From the human T2T-CHM13v2.0 reference genome, Homo sapiens: 64,000 nt of DNA. The notes under the pieces are model-generated. The model searched no databases. It saw only the letters and a list, made by a program, of their open reading frames with translations, and was not told the origin of the DNA. Where the stretch lies: assembly GCF_009914755.1 (NCBI RefSeq), contig NC_060927.1. One strand, written 5' to 3'. The translations under genes were made by a program, and so were the position numbers. Shown here piece after piece: positions 50,615 through 64,000 of the stretch; position 1 is the stretch's first letter, and each line of letters starts with the position of its first letter.

Positions 50615-51988
50615 CGTTTTTTAGGAAAAAGTTATCTTTTTTTCAGATATGAAAGTTACATATGCAGGTTTGTTACATGTGTATATTGCATGCAGGTTGT
50701 GACCATAGTACCCATTACTCCCTATGCTCTCACCACTCCAGTAGTCCGCAGTGTCTATTTTTCCCATGTTCATTTCCATTTGTGTTCAATGTTTATCTCT
50801 GGCTTATAAGTGAGAACAAATGGCATTTGGTTTTCTGTTCCTGCATTAGTTCGCTTAGGATTATGGGCTCCAGCTGCATCCATACTGCTGCAAAGGACAT
50901 GATTTTATTTTCATGTCCTTTGAAAGTTTTAGTATTTTATGCTGTGTATGTACCACTTTTTTTAATCCTATCAACCACTGATGAACCGCTGATGAACAGC
51001 AAGATTCATTTCCATGTCTTGCTATTTTGAATAGCATGGCAGTGAACATACGAGTGCATGTGTCTTTATAAACAAAAAAACCATGGTACTGGTATGAAAA
51101 CAGGGACATAGGCCAATGGAAAAGAGCAGAAAACTCAGAAATTAATCCATACACTTAAAACCATCTGATCTTCAACAAGGATGACAAAAACAAGCAGTAG
51201 AGAATGGATCCCATATTCAATAAATGGTCCTGGGACAACTGTCTAGCCATATGCCAAAGTAAAAAAGTGGACCCTTAACTTTCACCATCTAAAAAAGTTA
51301 GTTTGAGATAAATTGGTGTTTAAATACAAGACCTCAAATTGTAAAAATTCTACAAGATAACCTAGGAAATGCCCTTCTTGACATTGGCTTTTGTAAAGAA
51401 TTTTTGGCTATGTCCCAAAAGTAACTGCAATGAAAACAAAAACTGACAAATGGGTCCCAGTTAAATGAAAGAGCTTCTGTGCAATGAAAGGAACTATCAA
51501 TAGAGTCTACAACCAACCAACAGAATGGGAGAAATTATTCACAAACTATGCATCTAACAATGTGCTAATATTCGTAATCTATCTAGAAGGAACTTAAATC
51601 AGCAAGAAAAAAACAGATAAACCCATTATTAATGGGGCAAGGGACATGAACAGACATTTCTTAAATGGAGACTTACAAGTGGTCAGCAAATAATGAAAAA
51701 ATGCTCATCATCACTAGTCATCAGAGAAATGCAAATCAAAACCAAAATGAGATACCATCTCACACTAGTCAGAATGACTTTTTTAAAAGTAAAAAACCAA
51801 CAGATGCCAGAGAGGCTGCGGAGAAAAAGGAGTGTTTTTACATTGTTGGTGGGAATGTGTATTAATTAGTTAAGCCATTGTGATTAGCAGTCTGCAGATT
51901 TCTCAAAGAAAGTAAAAAAGAGCTACCATTTGACCCAGCAATCCAATTACTGCATGTAGACCAAAAGATAATTACATCATTATACCAT
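50615..51988 (-). mobile_element. 5'-inverted L1PB-like element, paralog of 35780-37372
   Basis: Same inversion junction (catgtgtctttataaacaaaa) at about 51068; flanked by tcaagtgtttt on both sides. Confidence 0.85.
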
Positions 51989-52371
51989 CAAGTGTTTTTT
52001 CTCTTTGCTATGTTTCTGTTTCTTTGTGTACTCTGCAACAGATAAAACATGCATAACTATAGTCTCCACTATTCCAATGACCCACAAATTATTTTTTCTC
52101 TTACTCTAGTAGAATTATATTACTAATACTAAACAGCTCACCTACATGTTCAAGGCATGTTCACACCACATGCTTGTCAATGCATCTGAGTCCTCAGTCT
52201 CTGTTTTGGATGACTATCTATTCACAAAGTGACTCCTTTTTCCTTCACTGAATACTGCTTTCCAACCAAATATATAACTAAGTCCTAGTGATGTTGCATT
52301 GTGAATTCTTCAGAATCTATTTCTGAATCCTCCTCATTATTGCCAATGTTCTATTACACAGGGATGAAGCA

Positions 52372-55300
52372 ATTTGTTTATTTGCCTGTTGATTCAGAGG
52401 AATAAAGAGACCAGAGTGACCTGGTGGCAGTCTTAACTTCTAGCTCAATGGAATCACCGTTTTATCTCCTAGTATAAGCGGTCTCTTTTGGAGCTAAGAT
52501 TTCAAGGCAAGAAGAGTGCAGTAACAAGAAGCAAACTTTTCTAGTGAGTCATTAGATTTAGTGAGTGGGTCCACTCCTGTTTCCACCATTTTGATTTCTA
52601 GGCTCATGAATCCAGCTCACAAGAGAAGTAGCAACATATATTGAATGTGAATCCAGATAATATATGGCATTCTGGAGAACCTTGCTCCAGCCCTGCAAAT
52701 TATTACCACCTAATTGGTGCTGTAAATGAGTTCTCAAAAAGTCATTTCACAATTCTATTATACTGGCTGTCTCAGGATGGTGGGAAACACAGTAATATAG
52801 TAAGACCAATGAATTCCATGAACTTGGTCCCATTGCTCCAGTTCATTTGCTGTGAAGTGAGTTCCTTAATCAGGAGGAATGTTGTGTGGAATACCATGAC
52901 AGTCAAGAAGGAAGTCCATGGATGGTAACTTCAACCGAAGCACTGTGCAGAGGGAAGACATTTCTGTATCCAGAGTAAGTATCTACTCCACTAGGAACAA
53001 AACACTGCTTCTTTCATGATAGAAGAAGTCCAATGTAATCAACTTGACATCTAGTTTAATGATTATGGATTGGGGACTCAATGTTAGCTTCTTTTGCTGA
53101 TTGATTGAGCACCTCGCAGTGGCCCTAGACAGGTTGGCTTTGGTAAGTGGAAATCCATGTAGCTAAGCCTAGGCATAACTTCTATCCCTATCACCACAGC
53201 CACCTCAGGCCTACTGGTATCCATAGATCGGTCATTCTATCTGCTTGATTATTAAAATTCTCCTCAGCTGAGGATTTTAATAATCAGGAGGATACATTGG
53301 TGAACATCCACATGAGCTACAAGTACTGTCTTAGTCCATTTGTGCTGCTATAGCAGAATACCATAGAGAGAGTAATTTACAAGAAACAAAAATGTACTTT
53401 TTCAGAGTTATGGAGGGTAGGAAGTCAAAGATCAAGATGCCATCAGATTGGATTTTCTGGTGAGGACTGTTCTCTGCTTCCAAAATGGCTCCTTCTTGCT
53501 GCATCCTCTTGAGGGTAGAAACACTGTATCGTTACATGGTTAAAGGTGGAATGGCAAAGCAAACTGAAGCCTCTTTTATAAGGTCCTTAACACCACACAA
53601 AATGGAAGAAGCCCTCATGACCTAATTACCTCCTAAATGTACCATCTTTAAGAGGTCATGTAAAGAGTACCATCACACTGGTTAAGTTTTAATAAGTTAA
53701 TTTCTGAGGGAAAACAAACAATAGCATTCTGCTCATGGCTTCCCAAAATTCATATCCTTGTCATATACAGAATACATTAAATTCTATCCTAACAGCCCCA
53801 AACTTTTAACTCATTTCAGTATCAACTCAAAAGTCTAAAGGCTAAAGTTTCACCTAGATACCATCTAAATCAGATATGAGTAACACATAAAGAACGTTTC
53901 ATTCTGAGGTAAATTACTCTGTAGCTATAAACCTGTGAAATCAAACAAGTTACATGCTTCCAAAATACATGATGGGCCTGGCAGAGAACAAATATTTTGA
54001 TTCCAAAATGGAGACGTAGAAAAGAAGGAATAACAGGTCTCAGTTACATCCAAAACCTAACAATGCAAACAACATTAAATCTTACGGCTTCAGGATAGCC
54101 TTGATGTTATGTCCCACTTTCCAAATACACCGTGTTAGGGGTTGCATCAATAAGGCTCCTGGTTCCTCACCTCTCTGTCTTTGTTGAGTGCATCCTACAC
54201 CGCAGCTCCTATGGATTGCAGTCCAGTGCCTGTAGTTCTCCCAGGATGCCACTGTAGCTAGTGGCTGTACAGGCCTGGCTTCTGGCTTCTGGCAGCTCTG
54301 TTTCCAAAAGATCTACTGAAAATTGCCGCACTTGGGAGTCTCTGTGGTGGCTCTGACCCTGTGACAGGTATCTGCTTGGGTGTTGAGATTATCTGAGGCA
54401 TCTTCTGAAACCTAGTGGAGAAATCCATGTGTCCGTTCTGCATGCTTGTAAATTAGCATCACATGGATGTCACCAAGGCTTACAAATTCTGCAGTCTGGG
54501 GCAGTAGCTTGAGCTGCAGGTGGGCCCAACCTGAGACACAACTCAGCTGGCAAAGGAGTTCTCTGTCATAATGCAGACAGCACAGACTTGAGGTGGCCCT
54601 GGGCAGTGAGTCCCAAGTTCCCTTCAAGGTCCTGGCACTCTGGGACTGTAATACACATGGCAGGCTTGAAGATCTCTGAAAAACTTTTGGAGTCATTCTT
54701 GCATTGTCTTGATGAATAGCAGCTATCTTTCTTCTATTATAAAGAGACTAATATCATGATCAAATGGTCACTTGGTCACACCATTGGCTTTCTTTTTGGA
54801 ACATCCATCATTATTCTTTACATGGCCAGGCTGAAAATTTTCCAAATCTTTACATTCTCCTTCCCTTTTGATGACAAATTCCATCTTTTAATAGCTCCTC
54901 TCTCCTTGCATTTTACTATAAGCCATTAAGAGAAGCCATGCAGCACCCTCAACACTTTGCTGCTTATAGATTTTTTCTGCCAAATATTATAATTCATTGC
55001 ACTTAAGATTTGCCTTCCATGAAGTCCTAAGACACAGACACAACTCGGCCAAGTTCTTTGCCACTTTATATCAAGGAGAGTGTTTCCTCTAATTTCCAAT
55101 AACATAGTCCTCATTTCCATCTAAGACATCATCAGAATTTTGTATTATCGATATTTCTACCCACATTCTGTTCATGACCACTCTAGTAATCTCTAAGAAG
55201 AATGAGGCTTTCCCTACTGCTCTTCTCTTGTGAATTCTAACCAGACTTGTCCTTAATGCTTCATTCCTGAAAAATACAGGCTTTTTCCATCATTCACTTT

Positions 55301-56640
55301 CAAAACTGCTACAGCCTCTACTCATTACCCTTTTCCAAAGACATTTCCACATTTTAGGTATTTGTTATAGGAACACTCCACTTTTTGATACCTATTTCTG
55401 TCTTGGCCTATTTGTGCTGCTATAACAGAATGCCAGAGACCGAGTAGTTTATAAACAATGAAAATTGTATTACAACTCTAGAAGCTGGTATTTTCAAGAT
55501 CCAGATGCTGGCAGGTTTGGATGTCTGGTAGGGGTCCCCTCCCTGCTTCTAAGATGATGCCTTGAAAGCTCTTCTGGAGGAGAGGAACACTGTGTTCTCA
55601 CGTGGTGAAAGGCAGAAGGGCAAGGAAACTGAAGGCTGTGTGAAACCTTTTTTATAAGGGCTTTAGGCCCATCAACAAAGAAAGAAGCCCTTATGACCTA
55701 AGCACCTACTAAAGGCCCCACCTCTTAGTACTATCACTCTGGCCATTGTTTCAACACCTGAATTTTGGAGGGGAAACATTCAAACTATAGCAGATATCTA
55801 CATAATTTATACCCGGTTAGAGACATCTCTCCAAGCACCTTGCCTCAAATTTCCTTGTCACCAGTATTCTAATTATGCTCCTTCCAAGTCCCTGGTCATC
55901 CAGCTTAACCATTAGCCATAGCCCATAAATACATATATATTCACACATTTATTCATTTCTTTAAGTAAATTGAAAAACCAAGTACGTAATTTCCAATTTT
56001 TCTAACTGGGAGGATTTCCCTTCACCACTGTTCTTCATAAATGTTCCAGAAAGGAGCTGTAGTACTGCAGCCACCTACTTTGGGCAGTGCCTGAATATGT
56101 TGTACAATCATCGGTATCCAGGTCCACGTCTTCTCTTCTGCTCTCAATTGATTGTAAGAAGCTCCTTATGAAGCTATCACTGAAGGCTTGCAGAGATAAG
56201 GCAGTGTAGCAGGGGTAGGGCCCATGAGCATTTGGGCCTCTTCTTCATATAATTTACCTTTGTGTTAGTCTGTTTTTGCATTGCTATAAAGAACTATCAG
56301 AGACTGGGTAATTTATAATGAAAAGAGGTTTAATGGACTCACAGTTGCACAGGCTGTAGAGGAAGCATGGTTGGGGGGGCCTCAGGAAACTTACAATCAT
56401 GGGGGAAGGTAAAGGGGAAGCATGCATGTTGTACATGTCCAGAGAAGGAGGAAGAGAGAAAAGGCGGGAGGTGCTACACATTTTTAAACAACCAGATCTC
56501 ATGAGAACTCACTATCATGAGAACAGCAAGGTGGAAGTCTGATCCTATGATCCAATCACCACTTACCTGGCCCCTCTCCAACATTGGGGATTGGAATTCA
56601 ACATGAAATTTGGGTGTAGAAACAAACCCAAACCATATCA
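52372..56640 (-). mobile_element. Duplicated HERV-L remnant with nested two-LTR MaLR (53327-55792) and MSTA-like LTR (56261-56640)
   Basis: Colinear with 16963-21278, with the same insertion points. Confidence 0.9.
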
Positions 56641-56782
56641 ACATCCATAATCCAAGTGCAGGTTATTTTACTTCTTTAGTGAATACTTTTACTGTCAAGA
56701 AAGTTACCTGTCACTATTTAAATATGAAATATAAATATTACAAGTAAGTAAATAAGATTTTATTTTCTGAATGGATGCTTAT

Positions 56783-57386
56783 TGAGGTATTGCTCCTCAC
56801 AAGAGAGCATTAGCTGCGGGGATCTGCCCACAGACCCTGACCTAAATGACAGATGCCTAAAATGTACACTGACACACAGATATTCTGCTTTGCCAGTCCA
56901 GCTGAGTGTCCGACCGCCAGCACACCAAGAGAGGTTTTTACTGGGGCCAGCCCTGAACAGCTCACACTCCAGGCATTTATTTAGTATACAATTAACAACA
57001 GAAGCTTTGAGTAAACACACTGGAGGATAATTAACATCGTTAAGAGAGTAGTTCTACCAATGATTAAAGCTCAGGTACCATGGTCTAAAGTAAATACCAT
57101 TTGGGGGCAATATCCCTGGTCGACCCTCCCTCCCCGGCAGAGGGCCATCTAACTCAAAGGTTAGTTAATGGAGGTAGGGTCAACAGACTTAACTGGGGAA
57201 GCCTCTGTTGTCCTTAGTATTTACCTTATGACCTAATGCTCTAAGGTAAGAACCGGCTGCCTTCAGCCTGTTCAATTATTACAAGCTATGTAACCTTTCG
57301 GCCTTCCAAAAGTTTTGTGACTATTCCCTACAACTTTCCATAATATTTCCCTTTAATATTTCTGCCACCATCCGGAGTGAATCCCA
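56783..57386 (-). mobile_element. LTR22-like (HERV-K HML-5) solo LTR
   Basis: Reverse strand starts TGGGATTCACTCCGGATGGTGGCAGAAATATTAAAGGGAAATATT; about 600 bp; empty site at about 21415 and 38108. Confidence 0.8.
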
Positions 57387-58179
57387 GCTCTCACTAATAT
57401 GTTATTCTCTTAATGCTCTAAAGAAAATTCTGAACATGCTATCACCATTCTCAAAATTGTTTAATAATACTTCATTGGTTTTTGTGTAAGTTGGGGTAAA
57501 GAACATATCCTTGAATTACCTTCTGAGTCTCCTTGAGAGCCTCCCCACGCTGGCCTCCTTGAACACACCTGGTCCTTCCCTGCTTCTCACTTTTCATACC
57601 AGCCACATTTACCACTTATTGTTTCTGCAATGATGAAGGCTCTCTGATAATCTAGGTCTTCCCATGATGAAGACCTGTTGGATGCAAATGTCCACAGGCA
57701 TCACTTTGTTAGAAATAAAGGCTCCTGAGAGACCCACACCAGAACTGCTGAAATAGAATCTGCATTTTGATAACATCACTAGGAAAGTCATAGGCATTAT
57801 AGTTTGAGAAGCACAGACCTAGGACACCTTCCACCGTAGTCCCTGGCTTTGTTTTACGTTTTCTCCTCCCTTGTCCTCTTCCTAGTAAAATTTCCCATCA
57901 GGTTTAAGTTTAAAATGGGGAAACTACATATATGTCTAAAATTTGAGCTGAAATTTGCATGGGAAGGACAATTGTATTTGAGGTTGCTCCAAAAGAGGTT
58001 CTGGAATTTTGGCCTTATTAAAATCATGTTTTGATTAACTCAAATAGGAATATACTAATTAAAGCACTAACACTATATTTCACATATAAACTAAAGTTTG
58101 AACAAACATGCAAAATTGTCATCCATGGTGGTAAATAGTGATATAAAGTGTTACTTCATTTGTTAAAACTAGAAGTGTC

Positions 58180-58566
58180 TACAATGAACTGATGTTTGTG
58201 ATTCCAGAAGTCTGTAATGCCCTTGGGGACAACCTGGACTTATACATGTGCAAACACACAATGCCCATTAGAACAGCTTCAATTTTTCCTACAGGGAGTC
58301 CTCTGACACTCTTATGAGAATTTCAGTTTTTCACTCCTTCCTCCTCTGGCAAAAGTCCCCAGTTGCACAACTGGGTCACTTATATGCTCAAACCAAATTT
58401 AATAATCAACATTTTTCTATGCTTGGAAAATGAAACCTTCAAAAAGCATGAGTACGTAATGAATGGCTACCTGTGTTATTGACATTGCTGTGCTACTGTA
58501 TGTATTTCGGTTTTAGAAGGCGTAACACATTTAAAGGATATCCACAATTTCCTTCAAAATATAGGT
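58180..58566 (+). promoter_or_regulatory. Putative OR5H15 promoter and first exon
   Basis: GCCCTTGGGGA at 58219-58229, CCATTA, CCTACAGGGA; donor TAG|GTAAGG (GT 58565-58566). Confidence 0.5.
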
Positions 58567-59109
58567 AAGGAAGAAATAACTTCTAAATTTTCATTATGCC
58601 TTATAGAAATGTTGAAAATGCTATTTAATTCATTAAAATTTTAGATCGGGTATACAAGCTGTCGAAATAGCAAGATGGAATTTGGATAACTCTGACTGGA
58701 TTATTTTTTATTTCAGTTTTACGACTATAACATAGATACGGTAAATAGTTGTAAGACTGAATTATTCTTTTAATATTTTACTATTTTGTTGATCATATTA
58801 TAATGACTTTGTATGAACTAGGGCATTGAACAGCTAAAACTTGGTTTACACATTCACATCATAATGATTCTTATCTTGGAATTATTGCTGATTATTTTGA
58901 TATAAATACCCATGCTTTTTAACTAACCACATTCTCTAATTAAACCTTTTAAGGTCAGTCACTTACATATGAACTCCTTAAACCCATGTTTGTCAATAAT
59001 TTGACAGCTCACACTGTAAGTGTATTGATATGAATAAAGGTTGCATTAAGTAGAGTCCTGGTATGTCCACCTTGATTACCTTCAAAACCAAAATCTTTTG
59101 TCCCTGTAC

Positions 59110-59131
59110 TTCTCTCTCTCTCTCTCTCTCC
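59110..59131. repeat. (CT)n microsatellite in the inferred OR5H15 intron
   Basis: About 10 units; only about 3 units at the OR5H1 paralogous site (23123). Confidence 0.9.
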
Positions 59132-60432
59132 ATATTCCAAATGTAGGATCAGTGTGTTTCACTGGCCATCCTAGATCATTGTTTCCTCACTCTAGAGGCA
59201 AGAAGAATGGGAAAATGAGTTTCTAGTTCTTTTGGCTTCTAGAGCAGTAGGTAACCTCTGATAGCCACCAAGACTTGGATGGCAAAAAATAAGATAACAT
59301 CTTGGCCATTTACAGGACATATGTCCACTTTGTTAGCTCTTTAATATAACCTGCTCGAGTTTATTTTCTTGCCATCTTTTTTGTTTCTTCATTACTCTCC
59401 AATGGATAGATCATTTTTAACTATGCCTTTGACTACCACAATGAATCCAAGTAATCATTCCTACTGAGATTTAATAGGCTCATATTATGATCGGAAAATA
59501 CCTAGTTGTCCAGATGATGCTCACTCCAAAAACTTGTCAGCACACCTGAGTTCTCAATGTTTAATGTCCATCTTGCCAGTCACCAAGGGACTCCTCTCTC
59601 CTTTACTGACCACTTACTTCCTACAAAATATGTCACAGAATACTAGAGACTCTACATTCTGAATTCCTTAGAATCTATTTATTTGTTTTACCATCTCTTC
59701 CAATGTTATATCTCACAAGGACTATACATTTAACATGCATTTGAATCACCTGGAGGGTATTTTCAAAATGCAGATCCCTAGACCTCATTCCTGAAATAAT
59801 TTCTACATTGAAAGCTCACAACCTATATTTTTCATGAACACTCTGTCAGATAATTTTTATGTGTAATGTGATTTGGGATTGCCTGGACCTTACTAAGAAG
59901 TTTCTAATTAATATCCCTGAGTCCAGTTTCCTCTTCTTGCAGCATATTTTCTACACTATCAAAAACTAAATTTAAAAATATATTAGAATATAATTTCCCA
60001 TCTTAAAATTTTTGGTACATGCTTAACGTATAAAGAATAAAGCTTAAGATTCTTCATATGGCACTCATTTCATTTATTTTTAATTCAGACCCTTCAAAAT
60101 CTTTTCTGTTGACATTGTATGATGGGCCAGACACACAATTTTTCTACTGCACTCAATAGTGTCCATATAAATGTAGTGTATACAGAGAATGCCTCTACTT
60201 TTACCTAAATCAGTTAATTACTGCACAGTTTCAAACCAAAATATATCATTTTCATTTCTTTAATGCATCAAATACACAATTCATCAGTTGTAGGACTGAT
60301 CAAAAAATTGAGAGGGTTCTGATCATTTTAGGGTTTATTTCAACATCTCTTCCCCAATTTCAACTCATAATGTCATTGCAAATCTTCCCTTTCATTTGTT
60401 GCATTTTATTTTAGAGGACATGCAGTGAGGAC

Positions 60433-61374
60433 ATGGAAGAGGAAAATGCAACATTGCTGACAGAGTTTGTTCTCACAGGATTTTTATATCAACCACAGTG
60501 GAAAATACCCCTGTTCTTGGCATTCTTGGTAATATATCTCATCACCATCATGGGGAATCTTGGTCTGATTGCTGTCATCTGGAAAGACCCTCACCTTCAT
60601 ATCCCAATGTACTTACTCCTTGGGAATTTAGCTTTTGTGGATGCTTGGATATCATCCACAGTGACCCCAAAGATGCTGAATAACTTCTTAGCTAAGAGTA
60701 AGATGATATCTCTCTCTGAATGCAAGATACAATTTTTTTCCATTGCAATTGGCGTAACCACAGAATGTTTTCTCTTGGCAACAATGGCATATGATCGCTA
60801 TGTAGCCATATGCAAACCTTTACTTTATCCAGCCATTATGACCAATGGACTGTGCATCCGGCTATTAATCTTGTCATATATAGCTGGTATTCTTCATGCT
60901 TTAATCCATGAAGGATTTTTATTCAGACTAACCTTCTGTAACTCCAACATAGTACATCACATTTACTGTGACACTATCCCATTGTCTAAGATTTCTTGTA
61001 CTGATTCTTCTATTAATTTTCTAATGGTTTTTATTTTCTCAGGTTCAATTCAGGTATTCAGCATTGTGACTATTCTTATATCTTACACATTTGTTCTCTT
61101 CACAGTCTTAGAAAAGAAATCTGATAAGGGTGTAAGGAAAGCCTTTTCCACCTGTGGAGCCCATCTCTTCTCTGTCTGTTTATACTATGGCCCCCTTCTC
61201 TTAATGTATGTGGGCCCTGCATCTCCGCAAGCAGATGGTCAAAATATGGTGGAGCCTCTATTCTACACTGTCATCATTCCTTTGTTAAATCCTATCATCT
61301 ACAGTCTGAGAAATAAGCAAGTCATAGTTTCATTCATAAAAATGTTAAAAAGAAATGTTAAGGTTTCATACTAA
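60433..61374 (+). CDS. OR5H15: Olfactory receptor family 5 subfamily H, 313 aa
   Basis: Intact ORF with all OR motifs; about 17 substitutions relative to OR5H1. Confidence 0.95.
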   Translation: MEEENATLLTEFVLTGFLYQPQWKIPLFLAFLVIYLITIMGNLGLIAVIWKDPHLHIPMYLLLGNLAFVDAWISSTVTPKMLNNFLAKSKMISLSECKIQFFSIAIGVTTECFLLATMAYDRYVAICKPLLYPAIMTNGLCIRLLILSYIAGILHALIHEGFLFRLTFCNSNIVHHIYCDTIPLSKISCTDSSINFLMVFIFSGSIQVFSIVTILISYTFVLFTVLEKKSDKGVRKAFSTCGAHLFSVCLYYGPLLLMYVGPASPQADGQNMVEPLFYTVIIPLLNPIIYSLRNKQVIVSFIKMLKRNVKVSY

Positions 61375-64000
61375 TATCCTTTTTCTATTTACTAAAATAG
61401 TCACAAAATTACGCAAGTTAGAGGTACCTATGTTGTTTCCAGTGTTCAAACATTTTTGCAAGTATAACTGTCCTAGCACTTTAATGACCTAACATTTTAG
61501 TACCTAATAAACTAATTAAAATATTTATATGTTATTCAAAAGCAATCAAGAAATTTTCATTGTGTTCATATCATAATAGAATAATGATTGCAGAAAGTAA
61601 ATAAAAGTATTTAACAGTTTTATGTGTTATTCACTGTGTGTTTATAAATGCATTAATTGCTAAAATAGCCTAGTTTATCATATAAGGACTTGAGTATGAT
61701 GGTTTTGATACTAATACCACTGAATTACCTGAGATGCCCCTCACATTTAACCCATAGTGGAGGCAAATTTGTTTTTGAGCCAGCAGAGGTAAATCCCAAT
61801 AATTCTGCTAACTATCAAAGGTCTTCCATTTCACTATCTTAGGAAAGGGTGAATTCTATTTCTCACAGGAAGTCTACTCACAGGTCAAGTAACAAAATAA
61901 ATGGAAATGGAAATGCAATGGGAAAAATAAAAATAGAAGGAGTTAACAGTGAAGGAACTGCCATAGTGTAAGAGCATGCTCTTAACTGTGTATGCTTGTA
62001 TGAGTAGGAAGAGTCAAGCCACCTCTAACTTTCTAGGATGGCTTCTAAGGCTCTTCCCAGCTGAGTTTATATGACTTTACACAATTTGAAAAACATCCCT
62101 AATTCATGAAATTAAAAGATTAAATAGAATAACTACATTTAAAGTAGGCATAGAGAAGAAATAAGTATCATAATAGAAAGAAAGTTGTCTTAATATTTTG
62201 AGGAAGAAATGAAGCTGCCAAGGTTTGTAAAAATCAGTAATATTGCAAGGTTGTTGGAATGTGTTGTATCAATCAGAGGCTTTAAATGCCTGTCATAGAA
62301 GTTCCAATAATGTTAATATGATATGACATCATGGCGCCCAGTAAGACGAAGCAAAAACATGAAAAGGATGTAAGAGTTTGGATATTTTCTGCCTCAGAAA
62401 GTCATTGATTGTTAACCTTCTGACACTTCATATACTTAAGTATGATAATCATCTTTCTACCAGTCCACCCTGTCCTCCATCTTTCAACAATGAAATTTCT
62501 TTCACATTCTCATTGATACCACTGAGGTCCCTAGTCTAAAAACTACTCACATGTAGTTTTGCAAGCCTCTAGTTACTTATTTCCTCCAACCTTCTAACAG
62601 TCGCTCACTTCCCCAACATTGCTGTCAGATTGTTTTTTGCAAACGGAACTCTAACTAATTATATCCCCCTTCAATTTCTTTTTTTAGATTATCATTGCTA
62701 TCAGATGATATGCTTGTATGTTTTAGGTACCTATATCAGTATGTATACATATGGATACGTTTTGTTTTTGATATGTATGCATGGTGATAGAAGCTATATA
62801 TTACTACACATATAGTTAAAATACAATTGTAGCAGCATTAGAATTTAGAGTTTATTTGAGCAGACTTTATTTTGCAACACGAGATTGCATGTTGTTTGGG
62901 GCTTTCTTGAAGGGGCAAGAGAGGAGATGAAGGCTTTTACAGGGCAAATGTGGAAGTATGGCAAAAGTAAAGATTGTATTGGCTAGAGTGGAGCAGTAGT
63001 GTTATTTTAATCATTCTAGTGGAAAATCCTTAGTTAAAAATTAGCTAGGGGGTTTTGGTTGGTTACACTTAATTTTTGTTTTACCATTTACAATGAGTTG
63101 GATTCCTGTTTGCTTAGATACAAACCTAAGTTTATTAGGCTGGACCCATATCAGCCTAATAAACTTTTATTTAATTATTTTAACTATTTTCTCCCTTTTG
63201 ATCAGCCTCTCCATTATGGGATATTGACCAAAATTCAGGCACACTTGCCACTTTCCGTGACCAACACAGCTGGTTTGTCTTTGTCTCAGCATGGAACTCA
63301 TAAGTTACAATGTCTGGTCTCTTACAGAAGTGTTTCTTTTATGGACACTTTTTTTTTTGCTATTCTAATCACAGTGAGAAAATCTGGGACAGTGTGGTGG
63401 CTACAAACGTGTATTTAAAACTCTTGAGAAAATACAGCACACCAGGAAGATGACAATGACTATCACAAGGATACTACCAAGGGACTGGGGTATGCTCCAT
63501 AGCCAAAGTACACCTGAACCAAACCAACTGAAATAAACTAAAGGAGAACAAAAAGTTAATGTTTAAAGCTACTTGTAAGCTTAGCATGTGAGCCCAGAGG
63601 GCAGTTAGTTGAGAAGATTTTTAGATTTCAGCTCAAAGCATCTTTAGATGATGAAATAAAATGGCAGTTGCAGTCTGATAATTTTTCTGCTTTTCAGTCT
63701 GAATGTCTCTTGTCATGTCATTGAATGTTTGGTGAACTTCCTAAGTGGGACACTAAGCGTCATGCATGAAGATCATCCTCTGACATTTATATCAAGTTGT
63801 CCAGCCCTAGCTTGTAGCGCTTCAGGAATAGGACAATTTCTAAGTAGATAATAAAACATCAAAGACAATGGACAGAACTGGAATTTAATTATGGATGCAC
63901 TATATTTTTCTACTGAAACACGATTTTTCCCTCCATAATCACCCCATTTCTTTCAAATACAATTATAGTAAGACTGGTTTGTTTACCAAATAGGTCTACC

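Larger units (their letters stand above)
52372..64000 (+). repeat. Segmental duplicate of 16963-27965 (OR5H1 unit versus OR5H15 unit)
   Basis: Continuous colinearity to the window end, roughly 85-90% identity in non-coding parts by eye. Confidence 0.95.

Overview
AT-rich, CpG-poor, repeat-dense primate (almost certainly human) genomic DNA from an olfactory-receptor cluster. It holds three intact single-coding-exon class II OR genes on the + strand, recognised from their proteins as OR5H1 (24431-25372), OR5H14 (41119-42051) and OR5H15 (60433-61374), the chr3q11-12 OR5H cluster. They sit in tandemly duplicated units of about 17-19 kb. Upstream is a heavily decayed processed pseudogene of POU5F1/OCT4 (about 10495-11725) inserted into an old L1. 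The rest is mobile-element debris: a two-LTR MER61-type ERV1 element with PBS, PPT and 4-bp TSD; HERV-L remnants with dUTPase and a nested two-LTR MaLR; solo LTRs; Alus; and L1s, one with a twin-priming inversion. I see no evidence of a new protein-coding system. The most interesting unexplained structures are: (i) gene-less paralogous copies of the OR5H promoter/5'-exon/intron block in both spacers; (ii) patchwork gene-conversion tracts among the three ORs; (iii) a two-codon uORF before each start codon; (iv) loss of the ECL2 Cys189 in OR5H14; (v) repair or template-switch scars, including a hairpin micro-inversion between paralogs and a MIR-like fragment inside a younger L1. Gene and repeat-family names come from recall of consensus sequences, not a database search; identities were judged by eye.
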